Shown: positions 42,758-57,512 of the stretch, piece after piece
Layout of the letters: each line of letters begins with the position of its first letter
How positions within the stretch are numbered: the stretch's first letter is position 1
NCBI GenBank assembly: GCA_964016885.1
Contig: OZ024740.1
Location: forward strand, 227,416,001-227,480,000
Length of the DNA: 64,000 bases
Reading direction: 5' to 3'
Origin: Eledone cirrhosa
Lineage: Eukaryota
Translations under genes and position numbers: made by a program
The notes under the pieces: generated by a model
Told to the model about the DNA's origin: nothing
Databases searched by the model: none
What the model saw: the letters and a program-made list of their open reading frames with translations, nothing else

Positions 42758-43129
42758 CAATATAAACAGTTTTATAGATAAATATATTCGACATACCGTA
42801 ATAAACATCAACTTCATTTGAAGAGGTTTACGCTAGCAGTGAAAATACAGAGAGAAAGAAAGAGAGAAAGAAAGAGAGAAAGAAAAGAGGGAAAAACGAA
42901 AGAAAGAAAGACAAAACGAAGAAAAGGAAGAAAAAGAAGAAAAAGAAAAAGAAGAAATGCATGGAACAAAATAGAGAGATGGAAAAATAGATAAAGCGAA
43001 GAGCTTCATGTAAAGAGACAGAAAGATATATATATATAGAGAGAGAGAGGAAATAGAGATAGATACATATATATATATAGAAAATTAGGTAGTGGGAGGT
43101 CATTTTGAGTAAGTGTATCAATGATACAT

Positions 43130-43164
<35 letters not shown>

Positions 43165-44002
43165 GCTCAAGTATTAATGTAAGGGAGATATATAGAGAGA
43201 TATAGAGAGATATAGAGAGAGAAAAAAATTTAAAAATAGCCAGACATATTCGAGGCGTAGAAAACCCTATGTTTTAATGTATTAGTATTTATAAAACTTA
43301 CACTACATTGTAAATATCAGTATTCCTGAATGAAACAAGTATTCACAATGTGTGAAAATTCATTATCTTATGTTTAGTTTTAAAAAATTCATATGTCTAT
43401 GTGACAGCTACAAATCTCAATGTGAATCCAACTGATTCACTCCGCAAACTCTAAGTTATCGGAAAACATTCTCAATGTGGTATAAAAATTTGAGCGTATT
43501 ATTATTCTTGCGATTACTCTACAAGATTATCTATCAAGCAGAAATAGAGAGCAGATTTCAATATACTAAACGAAAATATATATTATATTATAAACAAAGA
43601 TAACAATAATAATAATAATAAGTAAAAATATATAAAAATATAGAATAGAAAACTAAAAAAATATTACGAAAGAATATTACATAATAAAAATATTGCATAT
43701 TAAAAATACTACGTATTAAAAAATATTACGTATTAAAAATTTACATATAAAAATATTAAAAATAAAATAAAAAAATAAAAATATTATAGAATACTACAAT
43801 ACTAAAAGAATAAAAATAAAAATAAAAATAAAAATGAAGATAAAAATAAACCACAAAGAACAACCCTACAAAGTTAATTGACAATATATTGCCAAGTTCA
43901 TTACAAGACAAAGCCAAAAATTATCTATCAAATCACATCTAGTGCTTTTATATCAGTTATAAATATTTACTAGTTGTAACCCAACAATTTTAAATATAAC
44001 TT

Positions 44003-44041
<39 letters not shown>

Positions 44042-44046
<5 letters not shown>

Positions 44047-44228
44047 AACCAGTAAGACCCCGACGGCTGAGCTCAAGCCGTTTCGACGGCTAATTCAGAA
44101 TTAGCTGTCGAAACGGCTTGAGCTCAGCCGTCGGGGTCATACTGGTTCCTATTACCCACTCTACTACCCCAAGTATTGAGTACTTTGGTGCGTTATGGTC
44201 CACCTGGTTCCTTACCACATTTCCTTCG

Positions 44229-44231
<3 letters not shown>
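44042..44231 (+). mobile_element. Fold-back element family B, copy 2
   Basis: Arms 44042-44096 / 44098-44152 (1-nt loop); GAAACGGCT-TGAGCTC-AGCCGTC stem III with GUC at 44130-44132; (TA)n flanks. Confidence 0.9.
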
Positions 44232-44308
<77 letters not shown>

Positions 44309-44628
44309 GTGTGTGTATGTAGTGTGCGGGAGAGACGACTGCGATGGTATGGACATGTGATGCGCATGGAGGATGCCAAGAAATGCCAGTAGAAGGAAGA
44401 CGCAGTAGAGGAAGACCACGAAAAACATGGACGGAGGTGGTGACAGCGCACCTCAGATCACTGAAGCTCACAGAGGAGATGACGAAGGACCGTGACAAGT
44501 GGAGAGATGCTGTGCTGAATAGGACCCGTCCCACCCTTGCAAGCAGGGAAAAGCGGACGTAAAATGATGATGATGAAAGATGATGATATATATATATGTG
44601 TATATGTATATATATGTGTATGTATGCA

Positions 44629-44818
<190 letters not shown>

Positions 44819-44875
44819 TAAAAAAATAATGAATAAAACAATGAAACAGTTCCTTATATTAAACAAAAAAAGTTC

Positions 44876-44951
<76 letters not shown>

Positions 44952-45106
44952 ATATATATATATATGTATATATATATGTATGTATATATATATATATATG
45001 TATATATATGCATGTATATATATATATATGTATATATATATATTTGTGTGTATATATATATGTATATAGATATAGATATATATATAATTGTATATATATA
45101 TATTTG

Positions 45107-45161
<55 letters not shown>

Positions 45162-45836
45162 TTGTATAGTTCATGTAGGAGTCATTAAAAAAAGCACCCA
45201 CTCCACTCTGTAAAGTAGTCATGTAGATGTTACAACATAAAGTCCCCAATACTCACTGTAAATGGGGTTGGCATTAGGAAGGGCATCTAGCTGTAGAAAC
45301 CAAGCCAAAATCAGTTCTGTGACAGAAACATGGGCGGAGGTGGTGAGGGCAGACGTCAGATTGCTGAAGCTCACAGAAGAGATGACAAAGGACCGGGGCA
45401 AGTGGAGAGATGCTGTGCTGAATAGGACCCGTCCCACCCTTGCAAGCAGGGAAAAGCGGACGTAAAATGGTGATGATGATGATGATGATGATATATATAT
45501 ATATATATATATATCCAAATAAGAGGCAGCGTTAATAACTCATATTAATACCCTGTATTTAACAAGCTCAAAGTTTAAATACCGAGCATTATGTGGATTG
45601 GCAGTATCGGTAGAGGGTCGGACGCCATGCTTTGACGCATAGAGTTACGGCCCTTGCCATTCTGAGTTCAAATCCCGCCGAGGTTAACTTTGCCTTTCAT
45701 GCTTACGGGATCGATAAAATAAAGTACCAGTAATGCACTGGGTAATTGCTGGCCTTGTGCCAAAAAGTAGAAACAATTATATAATAGCCCCAGCATGGCC
45801 TCAGCCGGATGGCTGAAACAGGTAAAAGAGTAAAAG

Positions 45837-46137
45837 AGTAATAAACACAGTAAATTCTATGTTTAAAATTACGAGAGTTAAGATACCACATTGGTTTGAC
45901 AGATTTAACCTGAAGCAAACGGAAAATACAGGATAAAGAGTAAAATGTACAGACTGTTTCAATAACTATTTCATCTCCCGGACAGATTAGAAATTTAATC
46001 TGTTTCGCTCTGAGAATTGTGTTTGTAACAGATAATCCGTAGGCATCATCAGCGTTTGCTTCAGGTTAAATCTGTCAAACCAACATGGTATCTTAACCCT
46101 CGTAATTTTAAACATACAATTTACTGTGTTTATTACT
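45837..46137 (-). mobile_element. Fold-back element family E: 85-bp arms enclosing a hammerhead core
   Basis: Arms 45837-45921 / 46053-46137. Spacer on the - strand reads CUGAUGA (46052-46046)..GAAA-CAGAUUA-AAUUUC-UAAUCUG-UC (GUC at 45983-45981). Confidence 0.85.
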
Positions 46138-48064
46138 ATATATATTATTATATATATATATATATATATTGAATTATTTTAGATATATATAATTTAGATT
46201 GGGATCCTTATATATTTGTTTTTGTTTTAAATATATAATTTGGATATATAACTTATAAGATTACCGGTTATAATTGAACCGTAAATCATTCATGCATTTA
46301 TATATTTTACTCATTTTGAGTATGTTTTAGGATTCAGAAAGTTAGATTTGTACATTTTTATTTTTTTATATATATTTAGGTATAAATGTTGCAAATGATA
46401 CTAGTCGAAAAATATTGGTCTTTCTTTCCACTGAACTGGATGTAAAACTACAATTATAACATTACTAATAATGATTGTAATTATTTATTTATTATATGTA
46501 TATCGTTTCACTAATACCTATAATACTCTCTATATATATTTGAACAAATCTGTTTATCTAGTATAAGAACATGCTCCTAGTTACATTTATAAGTAATTTG
46601 GATACTTAAATGACTCTCTATTATTATAATTGTTAGCTATTTTCTTAATGTTCTAAATTATATAACGATTATTACTTAATTTTATTTTATTTTATTTTAA
46701 TTAAATTCGGGTTACCTTCAGGTCATTGAAATCCTTAGCTCCTCTTTCTATCATCTTTGTGGATACTTTAGAAGTGTTGTTAGTCTACTATATAAATTTA
46801 AAAAAAACCCTCTTGCATTTTTAAACTATATTTTTTTATATTGGGCACTTTTATGATCGCAAACAATTCTTTATTTTTCCTTTTTCACTTTTTATTTTGA
46901 ATCTAGTCCTTATCCTTAGGATTCATGAAGTTATGACTTGTATATATATAGTATATATCTATTAAATAATCCTATTATAATAATTGATCTAAAACATTAA
47001 TTTTAACAACATTATCAGTAACTTATTTATTTTATTGTATTGTATTATATTATGTCTAATATAGAGGTATCATCTTAATCTTTAGACAATATAATCTTTG
47101 TGTATTTTTTGGATAAACGCATATATATAATTTAATAATCAAACTTTTTTAAGTTTAATTATAAGGCCTGTTGATCCTTTAGGCATTCAAATTGTTAATC
47201 TTAAAATTCTTTAAAAATTATAACTGTAATTATTTTCTAAATTATATAATGTAAACTATTTTCAATAAATAATTTAATATTATATAATAAATTTAGTAAA
47301 GTTTACCTTCGTGAGGATGTAAAAACATTATGTTTTCTTTCTCGAGTTTGTAAATCCTTTAAATTTGATTTCATAAAATTTGATTTTATAAATTAAATAT
47401 GATAGTATACTTTAATATTAATACAGATATTTATTAACTTTTATAACCTAAAATATTATTCATTACTCTGAACTAACTTAAATTAAATGATTTGAATGTT
47501 AACGGTCAACCAGATATGTTTGGATATATATTGTATATATAGATAATTATCTAAAGACTTGTTATTAACCTTCATATGAATACACCCAATTATATTTAAA
47601 ATTTTGATTGATGAATACTTTTAGATAATTCAATAATTCAATGAATTGAGGTTTTTTCTTTTTCCTAAAGCTAGGCCCAAACGTTGTTCTATATAAAAAT
47701 ATACAATTAATATCTCCCTATATTTTACACTTTAAAAATTATTCCTCTTTATCTCTCTCTCTGTAATCAACTCTCTTTTGCTTTCTATGCTCTTACTAGC
47801 TATATTATCCCCTCATCTGTTTCTTTCTCTATGCCTTTCTTTTCTCTCCTCTTTCTTCAGTAATTTAAATTATATGAATCTCTATTGCTGCTATATATTT
47901 TTTAAGCTTTCTCACACGCACCCTCTCTATTATATGTATTATATGTAGGTTTTTTTTCATGTTTCAATATTAAGGTATATAAATATTGAGTTTTGTCATA
48001 TATTACTCACTACCATGACTGAATCTTAACCATCTACTATGTCAGGGTATGTCATGCATCATCT

Positions 48065-48131
48065 TATTTTATCTGATGAGGACGTACTGTTGAAGTTAAC
48101 TCAGTACCTCTGAAATATGTATAATAAAATA
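48065..48131 (+). ncRNA. Minimal type I hammerhead ribozyme
   Basis: Stem I UAUUUUAU/AUAAAAUA (8 bp); CUGAUGA 48073-48079; stem II GGACGUACUG/CAGUACCUCU; GAAA 48112-48115; stem III AUAUGUAU; predicted AUA site at 48123. Confidence 0.82.
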
Positions 48132-49220
48132 TACTTGATCACAAGAATATCTATTTTGTTAATATTTTGAATTAATATATATATATATATATATAGTAAT
48201 AAACACAGTAAATTGTATGCTGGTGAATACAATGTAGGATTCACTAGTTTGAAAAAAAATAGAGAGAACTAGTTATGTCTGTTGTTTATATTAATAGTGA
48301 TTTATAAGTTTCTTATAAATCTGTCAGTTGTTTGTGAGTTGAACTCATGCAGTGTCAGTAGATAATCATCTCACTAAAATATTCCACCTATACTGACGAA
48401 ATGTATTTTCATGTCATGTAGAATATACAAACCAATGAGGTCACTAACCTCTGTTGAGTCGTTTACCTCCATTGTAGTCTCAAAGCGGATATTGGAATTT
48501 TTGTTGATCTAAACATATCCAGTCTTCTTTGCATATAAAATAAGGAAGCAGACAATAACAAAGGCAGAAGAAGGGAGAATAAGATGGTGAAAGAAAAGAT
48601 AAGAAGAAAATCGTGAAACTGTTACTTTCTGAAAAGGAATTTATTTCTTTAAATTTTATTGCAAATATTTATGGTTTCCATCCCCAAGTGACTAGACTCT
48701 CAAGAGGAAAATGTTTATTAATTCAATTCTATTATCCATATGGTTTCCCAAGAGACAAGCTTTTTAATGCAATTTACTACATAGTGAGCAGTATTTTATT
48801 ATCGTTAAGTTTCACATGTAATTAATATTGACCAAACTTATTCTTTTAGTTATGTTCTTTGCAAAATTCTTCTCCATTAAAATTTATAATTCATTATTTA
48901 TGATTTATTATTAATGATTATATTTCATTCTGAATCCTCTTGCATTATTCAATTACTAATTATATAGTTTATTTCAAAAATTAGTTGTGCTTTTTATTTA
49001 TGCTATTTTCATTATTTAAACCACATACTTTTATTCTTTACTGGTTTCAGTCATTGGACTGTAGCCACAGCGTGGCACTGTTTTCAAGTCATATAGACTC
49101 TAGTACTTATTTTAAAATCTGATGCCTGTTTCATTAATTTGTATTTGTTGAACTTTTGAATTATAAGACAAGCACAAACAACATTGGTTGTTAAGCAACG
49201 AAAATGTAAACACACACACT

Positions 49221-49253
<33 letters not shown>

Positions 49254-49539
49254 TAATAAATGGAAAATATCTTTATAATACCATAATTATTTTATTATAC
49301 GTATTTCAAGGACACAAAATTTTAGTGCGCTTGCATCAGATAAAATATAATTGTTTCTACTTTTGGCACAAGGCCAGCAATTACCCAGTGTATTACTGGT
49401 ACTTTATTTTATCGACCCCGTAAGGATGAAACGCAAAGTTAACCTCGGCGGGATTTGAACTCAGAATGGCAAGGGCCGTAACTCTATGCGTCAAAGCATG
49501 GAGTCCGACCCTCTACCGATACTGCCAATCAGTATTTTG

Positions 49540-49772
49540 TTAGAGATGCCTACTGACTGTAGTAGGTTTTACTTTGTATTTAGGTAAGGCGGGTCTTCTC
49601 TATTACTGAGTACCGCCAAAGGTCTCAGTCCAGTGACATTGTCTTGGAGAGGTGTAAGTGTGTGAGGTCGGAATTTATCAGCTCGTCCCAGGTTTTTCTG
49701 GCTCTGCCTACTCCGTAGCTACCGTCTATCTTTATTGCCCTGCACTTTGTTATACAGCTGTCGTCTTTCATG
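49540..49772 (-). mobile_element. RTE ORF2 C-terminal fragment
   Basis: [32 protein letters not shown]; nearly identical to 58060-58295. Confidence 0.88.
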
Positions 49773-49849
49773 CTATATATATATATATATATATATATAT
49801 TATCCTTATCGAGCCCTCTTCGGATTTTAGTCTTCACATTTATTACTAT

Positions 49850-49885
<36 letters not shown>

Positions 49886-50507
49886 CTATAATTTGAATGG
49901 TCATGCTAACAAAACTGTCATGTGTACTGATTGAGCTTTACTTCAGGTTTTATTATTAATTAGGTAACTAATCCATTCATTGATTGGTTAAATAACCAAT
50001 AGATTATTGACTTAATTTTCAGAGCTGCTTCATTATACATTCTGTGACCAACTAACCTATGAATATATAATGGTTTCTGATTTGGCACAAGACCAACAAT
50101 TAAATCAACCCCAATGCATTACTGGTACTTTATTTTATTGCCCCGTAAAGATGAAACACAAAGCCAATCTCAGTGAGATTTGAACACAGAATATAAAGAT
50201 ATGTAACTATATACTGCAAAGCATGTTGTCTGATGCTCTACCAATACTACCAGTTACCTGATTATTAATAAAAACTGAGATGGAACTCAATTGTTTTTTT
50301 ATTGACAGTATGACCATACCAAAGTATAACAATATCTATGTGATTGTCAACTGATGAGTTTACTTAACAACCTAACAACAACTTTGGAATACAGTGAATT
50401 ACATTTTTCAGTTATCAATGTCTGTGTATGGTTGTGGTGGTGGTGGTGATGGTGATGAATAGAACAACTAAATAAAGAAAAATATTTCTATCTATCTTGT
50501 TTTTCAG

Positions 50508-50638
50508 GACCACTAAATCGGCCAAAGGATTTCCGTATCGATCCCCATTTTGAAATGCAGCCCCACGAAGTACATTTTATCTGGGAAGCCGTAGATATGT
50601 CTGAACAACAAGTGCAAGGAGAATTCAAAGGATATAAA
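50508..50638 (+). CDS. Internal coding exon: fibronectin type III segment of an L1-family adhesion molecule (neuroglian/NrCAM-like)
   Basis: Acceptor TCTATCTTGTTTTTCAG|, donor AAA|GTATGT; 131 nt (phase 1 to 0), open: (G/R)PLNRPKDFRIDPHFEMQPHEVHFIWEAVDMSEQQVQGEFKGYK. The P..P..F..W..V....V.G.FKGYK pattern resembles, from memory, the third FnIII repeat of neuroglian/L1. Confidence 0.8.
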
Positions 50639-50795
50639 GTATGTATATCAATATCTTTTTTAGATACTTTATCATAATTAACAATCCAATACATTCTACC
50701 ATGATAAAATAGCCATGAGATCTGCTAATAGAATAAAGGTCAACAGTTATCTCTCTCATGGGGAATCAAATAGCATACATATATATATGTATATG

Positions 50796-50827
<32 letters not shown>

Positions 50828-51041
50828 ATATATATATATACACATACACACCACTTAAAAGCAATGGAAGGCCAAACTGGAAACTTTCTTTAATATTTTA
50901 AAGAAAGTTTCTTCTCTGGCCTTCAAGATACTAGATCTATGATGGATGATTTGCATAACAACGAGTGCTTTAATTTATTGCATCATCATTAACTAATGGA
51001 ATCACTAGTTCTACCAATTGGTAAACAACCTAAGATAAATG

Positions 51042-51078
<37 letters not shown>

Positions 51079-51314
51079 TTAATAGGCTGTTGGGATCACA
51101 ATATCACAAGGTGCTTCATGCAATGTATACAATGTATACAACATCATATCACTGGTTTGTCAAAGATGGAATGTCTTTGGTAATTGGTCCCTCTAATCAG
51201 AACTGAATTTTGAAAAATAATATCAATCTAAAATGTTTGCCTGTACATGTAGAAATAATGCTTTGATGCAAATATATATGCAATTATGTATGTATGTATG
51301 TATGTATGTGCTAC

Positions 51315-51850
51315 TGGTAACATGTAACCCAGTACAACCTCTCGCATGGTCGGGTCGTCGGCGACTAAACCGGCAACCCCACCAAGTTTACTTGGTGAGG
51401 AGGGTGATTTTTGACATCCTGCAGGACAAAAAACAAAACCTGACAAAGGGCGGAAGAGCTCATAAGAGTCAACGGCCATCCAAAAGTGTATATACATGGG
51501 TGCATGTGTATGTATATGCACAGGGACATAGAAATAGTCGGGCTGGACACTCGATTGCACGGTTAAACCACTGGGAGTGAAGGACCCCTATCCTTTCTCA
51601 GAGCATTCTTCTAGGAGAAGGCAACTCAGGAAACTGGGATAACTCCGATATAAAACCTGCGACTCAGTAGTCACCGATGATGTTGATCTTTTCTTCTTTT
51701 CGGGTTATAGCTACTGTCGCTCAGAGAGTGGGATTGGCTCAGTGCACAGTCTTTCCTCACTTTAAAAAATATCTTCACTCACAGGCATTGCACGATAGAA
51801 TTAATTAATAATTATTAATAATGGTATATCGTGCAATGGCCATATTTGAT
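51315..51850 (+). mobile_element. GC-richer repeat insertion, possibly the 5' UTR of an RTE-like LINE
   Basis: GC island between (TATG)n tracts; contains GGCGACTAAACCGGCAACCCC and TCTAGGAGAAGGCAACTC, reminiscent of RTE 5' regions; 12-bp stem CATTGCACGATA/TATCGTGCAATG near the end. Confidence 0.4.
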
Positions 51851-52429
51851 AACAAGAGGGCAGCCATCATGTATGCATGTGTGTGTGTGTATATGTATGT
51901 GTGTATGTATGTGTGTGTATATATATATATAAAGGGATTAATTTCAATGGACTTTCAATAATAAATACTCTATGGCAGAGGTGGTGAATTTATGGCAAGC
52001 ATGCCCAAGATGGTGCATAAAAACATTATATTAATATTCAGATGATACAATTTTTTCATTTGTGATTTTATAAAAAGAATTTATAACTTTTAATAGTTTA
52101 GGTGTCACTTCAGGTGTAATTGTGTGTGCTCTGTGATATACTACTTAAGAAAATGTTCACTAGTGAAAACTGAATAACTTTTCAAAGCAGCAATATGTAT
52201 ATTACTTTGATCTCTGAGTTTAATGGCATTGCCTATTATTAATACTCAGAGATCAAAGACAAGACCAATTTTTTTAAGAATTTTTTTACACAATTTGTTC
52301 TTTTTCACCATAAAACAATTTCTGAAATATAAAGGTAATTGAAATGATAATCTGCTGCTCAAGTGACACAAGAGGGAATTTTTCTAGATTATCACACTCT
52401 CAAAAAGGTTTGCCACCTTTCTAAATCTA

Positions 52430-52705
52430 ATAAGTCTAAAGTCTGTCTCAATCCAGGAGGCTCGTCAGGCCAGTGCTAATCTCAGTTTTATGGCATGAAG
52501 CGACTGAGAGTACAAGACTCCCCTGAAAAAGACAGCAGTCTATCGCAGGGTTAAACACACCAAGCTATTGCTGGTACTTATTTTCAACTGAGTATACTGG
52601 AGCAACGTGGAATGAAGTGTTTTGCTCAAGAACACAACCCAGCCCAAGAATCGAACCCACAACTTTATGATCGTAAGTTCAACCCCTTTACCACTAAGCC
52701 ACCTC
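52430..52705 (-). mobile_element. tRNA-derived CORE-like SINE
   Basis: Minus strand GTGGCTTAGTGGTAAAGG..GGGTTCGATTC..GTGTTCTTGAGCAAAACACTTCATTCCACGTTGCTCCAG. Confidence 0.85.
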
Positions 52706-53504
52706 TGTTATGTGAAAATAACAACACATTCAATGAAGAAGACTACTTGTATATCAAAGTTAATATCTAAATGTCTGATATGTTTCATTCATCTTTAGAA
52801 ATGAAACATTTTAAACATTTTTTTACATCTGCATCAGTGTTGAATGGTGTTAGGAAAGGCATCCATCCGTTGAAACCATGCTTTTCTAGTTCAAATCCAA
52901 TCTGATATTATATTCATATTCATGAATTAGAAACCAGATATTGATAGAAGGTCAAACTGATTGAAATGTAGTGTACATGTAACTATTAATATAATGTGAA
53001 AAAAATCATTGAAAATCTGTTTTGTGCTTCCTTTAAAGTACACTAAAACAGATTTGGAGTTGTTCTATAGAAACATAAATTGGATAGGTTTGCATCTTTG
53101 GGATTTTCCTATGGTTTATTTCTAAGAAATCTCAAATGAGAGGATTTATGACTATATACCATACATTTTCTTATAAAACAAGACAGGAATCTATTTTCTA
53201 AGTAAACTAAATAGAGCGATATATATTGCCTGTAGCAATTGATTTATCCCATTAGTGGAAAATATCTGAGAGTACAGAGAAGCAACACAGCAACTCAGTT
53301 TAGATTTCTGGTCTAGCTAAATTACTTTATTTATGTCATTAATGCCCTTAAGCTTCACACTCTCTTGATTCCCACTTCACTTCCCTATAAATCTCAGACA
53401 TTCAGCTTTACTAAGAAAATCAATATCTAAAGTCCACTGATACAGATGTACCAAAAACAGTCCAGTAAACTTACTAATTTCAAGTGAGTGATTTAGTACA
53501 AGGT

Positions 53505-53561
<57 letters not shown>

Positions 53562-54379
53562 CAAAAGTTATCTGTCTCTAATATTTAGACATCTCATGAA
53601 AGGATAAAATATATTAATAAATTAAACTTAATATTAAACTTAAGCCAAAATCCTGATTTGGGGAGGCATATAAGCTAGACAGACTAAAATGAATCAGTTT
53701 TACTTGTATAGTTCCCCAACCATGGTTCCTGGAATTGAAGAAATAATATTAATCATTTCAAAACATTGGAATAACAAATATTGGAAGAATCACAATTACT
53801 TTGTCAGGAGGACAATTCTTTGGAATAAGAGGATCAGTTGAATATATAGCATACATTCCATGTCATTGCTGTGACTGCATTGTGAATCAGGAAAAACTAG
53901 GCAGGAAGATGTAGACAGCAGAAGAAATTTATTGTGTGTTCAATCTTTAACATATGTTTCTGTACAATTACATAATAGTCTACATCCACTGACTACATTA
54001 TATACTGTTCATTTGTATGCATTATGTGTCTGTGATTGCACTTCATCAGAAAGAAGAAAAGAACAAAAATGTTAACAGGGAAGAAGAAAAATTGTTATAC
54101 TCCATGGTGTGGGTCTTTCCAATTGCTAATACTATCTATTGGTCGCAACTCCAGGTAGAAGGAGCAGCATGAAATAAAGTGTCCTGCTCAAGGACATAAT
54201 GCATTGCCCGGTCCGGGAATCGAAATCACAACCTCACCATTGCGAATCCAATTTTCTAACCACTCAGCCACACACTTTCACATTATATATATATTTCACA
54301 GTATATATATATGTATATATATATATATATTTCACAGTATATTTATATATATGTACATATATATATATATATATATATA

Positions 54380-55131
<752 letters not shown>

Positions 55132-55138
55132 ATATATA

Positions 55139-55421
55139 TTGTTATACTTGGGGAGGGTCATATTTGTGTAATATTGCCAGAATTAATAACAGAACACACT
55201 CACTGTTTGGTTGGTTTTCGCTTCTGTGTCTTTTATATCGGTTAATTTAATTTATTCGGTCCTCAATGTTGCCATTGACTGACCAACGGTCAAAAATACA
55301 GATACAATATAGACACAAACACATATATATAGTCTATCAAAGTTCTTTCGTTGCACATCTGCAACATCGTCAGTGGTGCTATTGTTTCATCCCGTTGCAT
55401 TGTATTTTCTACGCCATCTTT
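55139..55421 (-). mobile_element. Diverged family C relative with hammerhead at 55336-55377
   Basis: Minus strand starts AAGATGGCGTAG, contains CUGACGA-U-GUUGCA-GAUG-UGCAAC-GAAAGAACUUUGA, ends TGACCCTCCCAAGTATAACAAT. Confidence 0.8.
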
Positions 55422-55452
55422 CATATATATATATGTATATATATATGTATAT

Positions 55453-55529
<77 letters not shown>

Positions 55530-55999
55530 CACACATGCGCACACATACATACATATATTTATACATACATATATATGCACATACATACATATGTGCATAC
55601 ATATACTCACACACATAAACACATATATGTGTATACATACACGCACATACATATGTTAAAGAGACATAAAATATTTGTGGAAATCTCTTTCCCATTTTCA
55701 TAGGAGATTTTCATAACTATTCAGTCATTTAAAGAGAAAAGGGAAAAACTAACCTTTACCTAATCTGTTGTTAGTAAACTATTAAGTATACATCTGTCAA
55801 ACATTTACTTGTTATATAACAACCCACCTCTACCTCTCCCCGCCTCGCCCTACCCTGCCATGTCAACTTCGATAATAATAATATTACAATGACACAACAA
55901 ACTCAGGGCTTGACAGAAATTTACACACAGAAATTGCCATCCTACTATAAACTACAACCACAACCACTACTACCAGCACCATCTCCATTATCATTATCT

Positions 56000-56660
56000 C
56001 ATTTACATTGCCACCATCAATCACCACTACCACCACCACCTCTACCATACAAAACGATTTACATCGACAGCACCTACCACTGACACCGCCACCACCACCA
56101 ACACTACCACCACCCTACCAAACCATTTACATCAACAGCACCAACCAACTCCAGTACCACCACTGCCACCACCAACACTACCACCACTACCACCACCACC
56201 ACCATCACCAGGGCCACCACTACCACTACAACCACCACCACCGCAACCACCACCACCACTACCACCACTACCATCACCACCACTCCAACCACCACCACTG
56301 CCACCACCACCACCACTACCATCACCAACACTACCACCACCCTACCAAACCATTATCATCAACAGCACCCACCAACTCCAGTACCACCACTGCCACCACG
56401 AACACTACCACCACTACCACCACCACCACCACCACCACTGCCACCACTACCACTACAACCACCACCACCACAACCACCACCACCACCACTACCACCACTA
56501 CCATCACCACCACTCCAACCACCACCACCATGCCATTCCATTTACATCAACAGCACCCACCACTGCTACCACCAACACTGCACCACTACCACCACCAACA
56601 CCAACACCACCAACACCACCACCACCACCATCATACCATCCCATTTACATCAACAGTACC
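56000..56660. repeat. (ACC/ACT)n tract with internal duplicated blocks
   Basis: Direct inspection. Confidence 0.9.
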
Positions 56661-57303
56661 CACCATCCCCAGCTCCAGCTATCAGTGGGGGGGGGGGCTC
56701 ACTTATCCATTTGATCCACCCCACTGCCACCACTACCATCAGCATATCCCCTCCTCTACCATTCTAACCACTGCTATTCCAAGTCCCCAAAACCCACCAA
56801 AATTATTGGCTATACAACGCTACCTGCATATAATATATATATATATGTGTGTGTGTGTGTGAGTATGTGTGTGTGTGTATCTGAGAGTCTGTGTGTGTCT
56901 CTGTGTGTGTATCTGTGTGTGTCTCTGTGTGTATCTGTGTGTATATGTGTTGGTATAGGTGTATGTGTGTCTGTCTGTGTCTGTATTTACTTGATTGACA
57001 TAAAGTAGTGTTATTTTGATTGCTTCACATTTTCATATCATTTCTTTCTTTATTTCTTTGTTTGTTTACTTATTTATTTATCTGTTTGTATATTTATTTA
57101 CTTATTTCATGGAGATTATAAAGAGGAGAGGCGGGTATAAAGGGGAGGCAACCATAAACAGCTACCCTACCCTCATCTTCCACTCCTCCAATATCTATCT
57201 CTCCCTCTACCTCTATGCATGCATTCGCTCACAGAAAAAAAAACATCCACCCAACAAAACAACATATCCATGTATATATATGAGTATATATATATATATA
57301 TAT

Positions 57304-57512
57304 ATAGGAACAAGTATGACCCCCGACGGCAGAGCTCAAGCCGTTTCGACGGCTAATTCTGGACTCCAGAATTGAGTCCAGAATTAGCCGTCGAAACGGC
57401 TTGAGCTCTGCCGTCAGGGTCATACTTGTTCCTATTACCCACTCTACTACCCTAAATATTGAGTACTTTGGTGCATTATGGTCCATCTGGTTCCTTACCA
57501 CATTTCCTTCGT

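Noticed and set aside
50488-50694. 68-aa minus-strand ORF
   Set aside because: Antisense to the + strand FnIII exon, which has proper splice sites.
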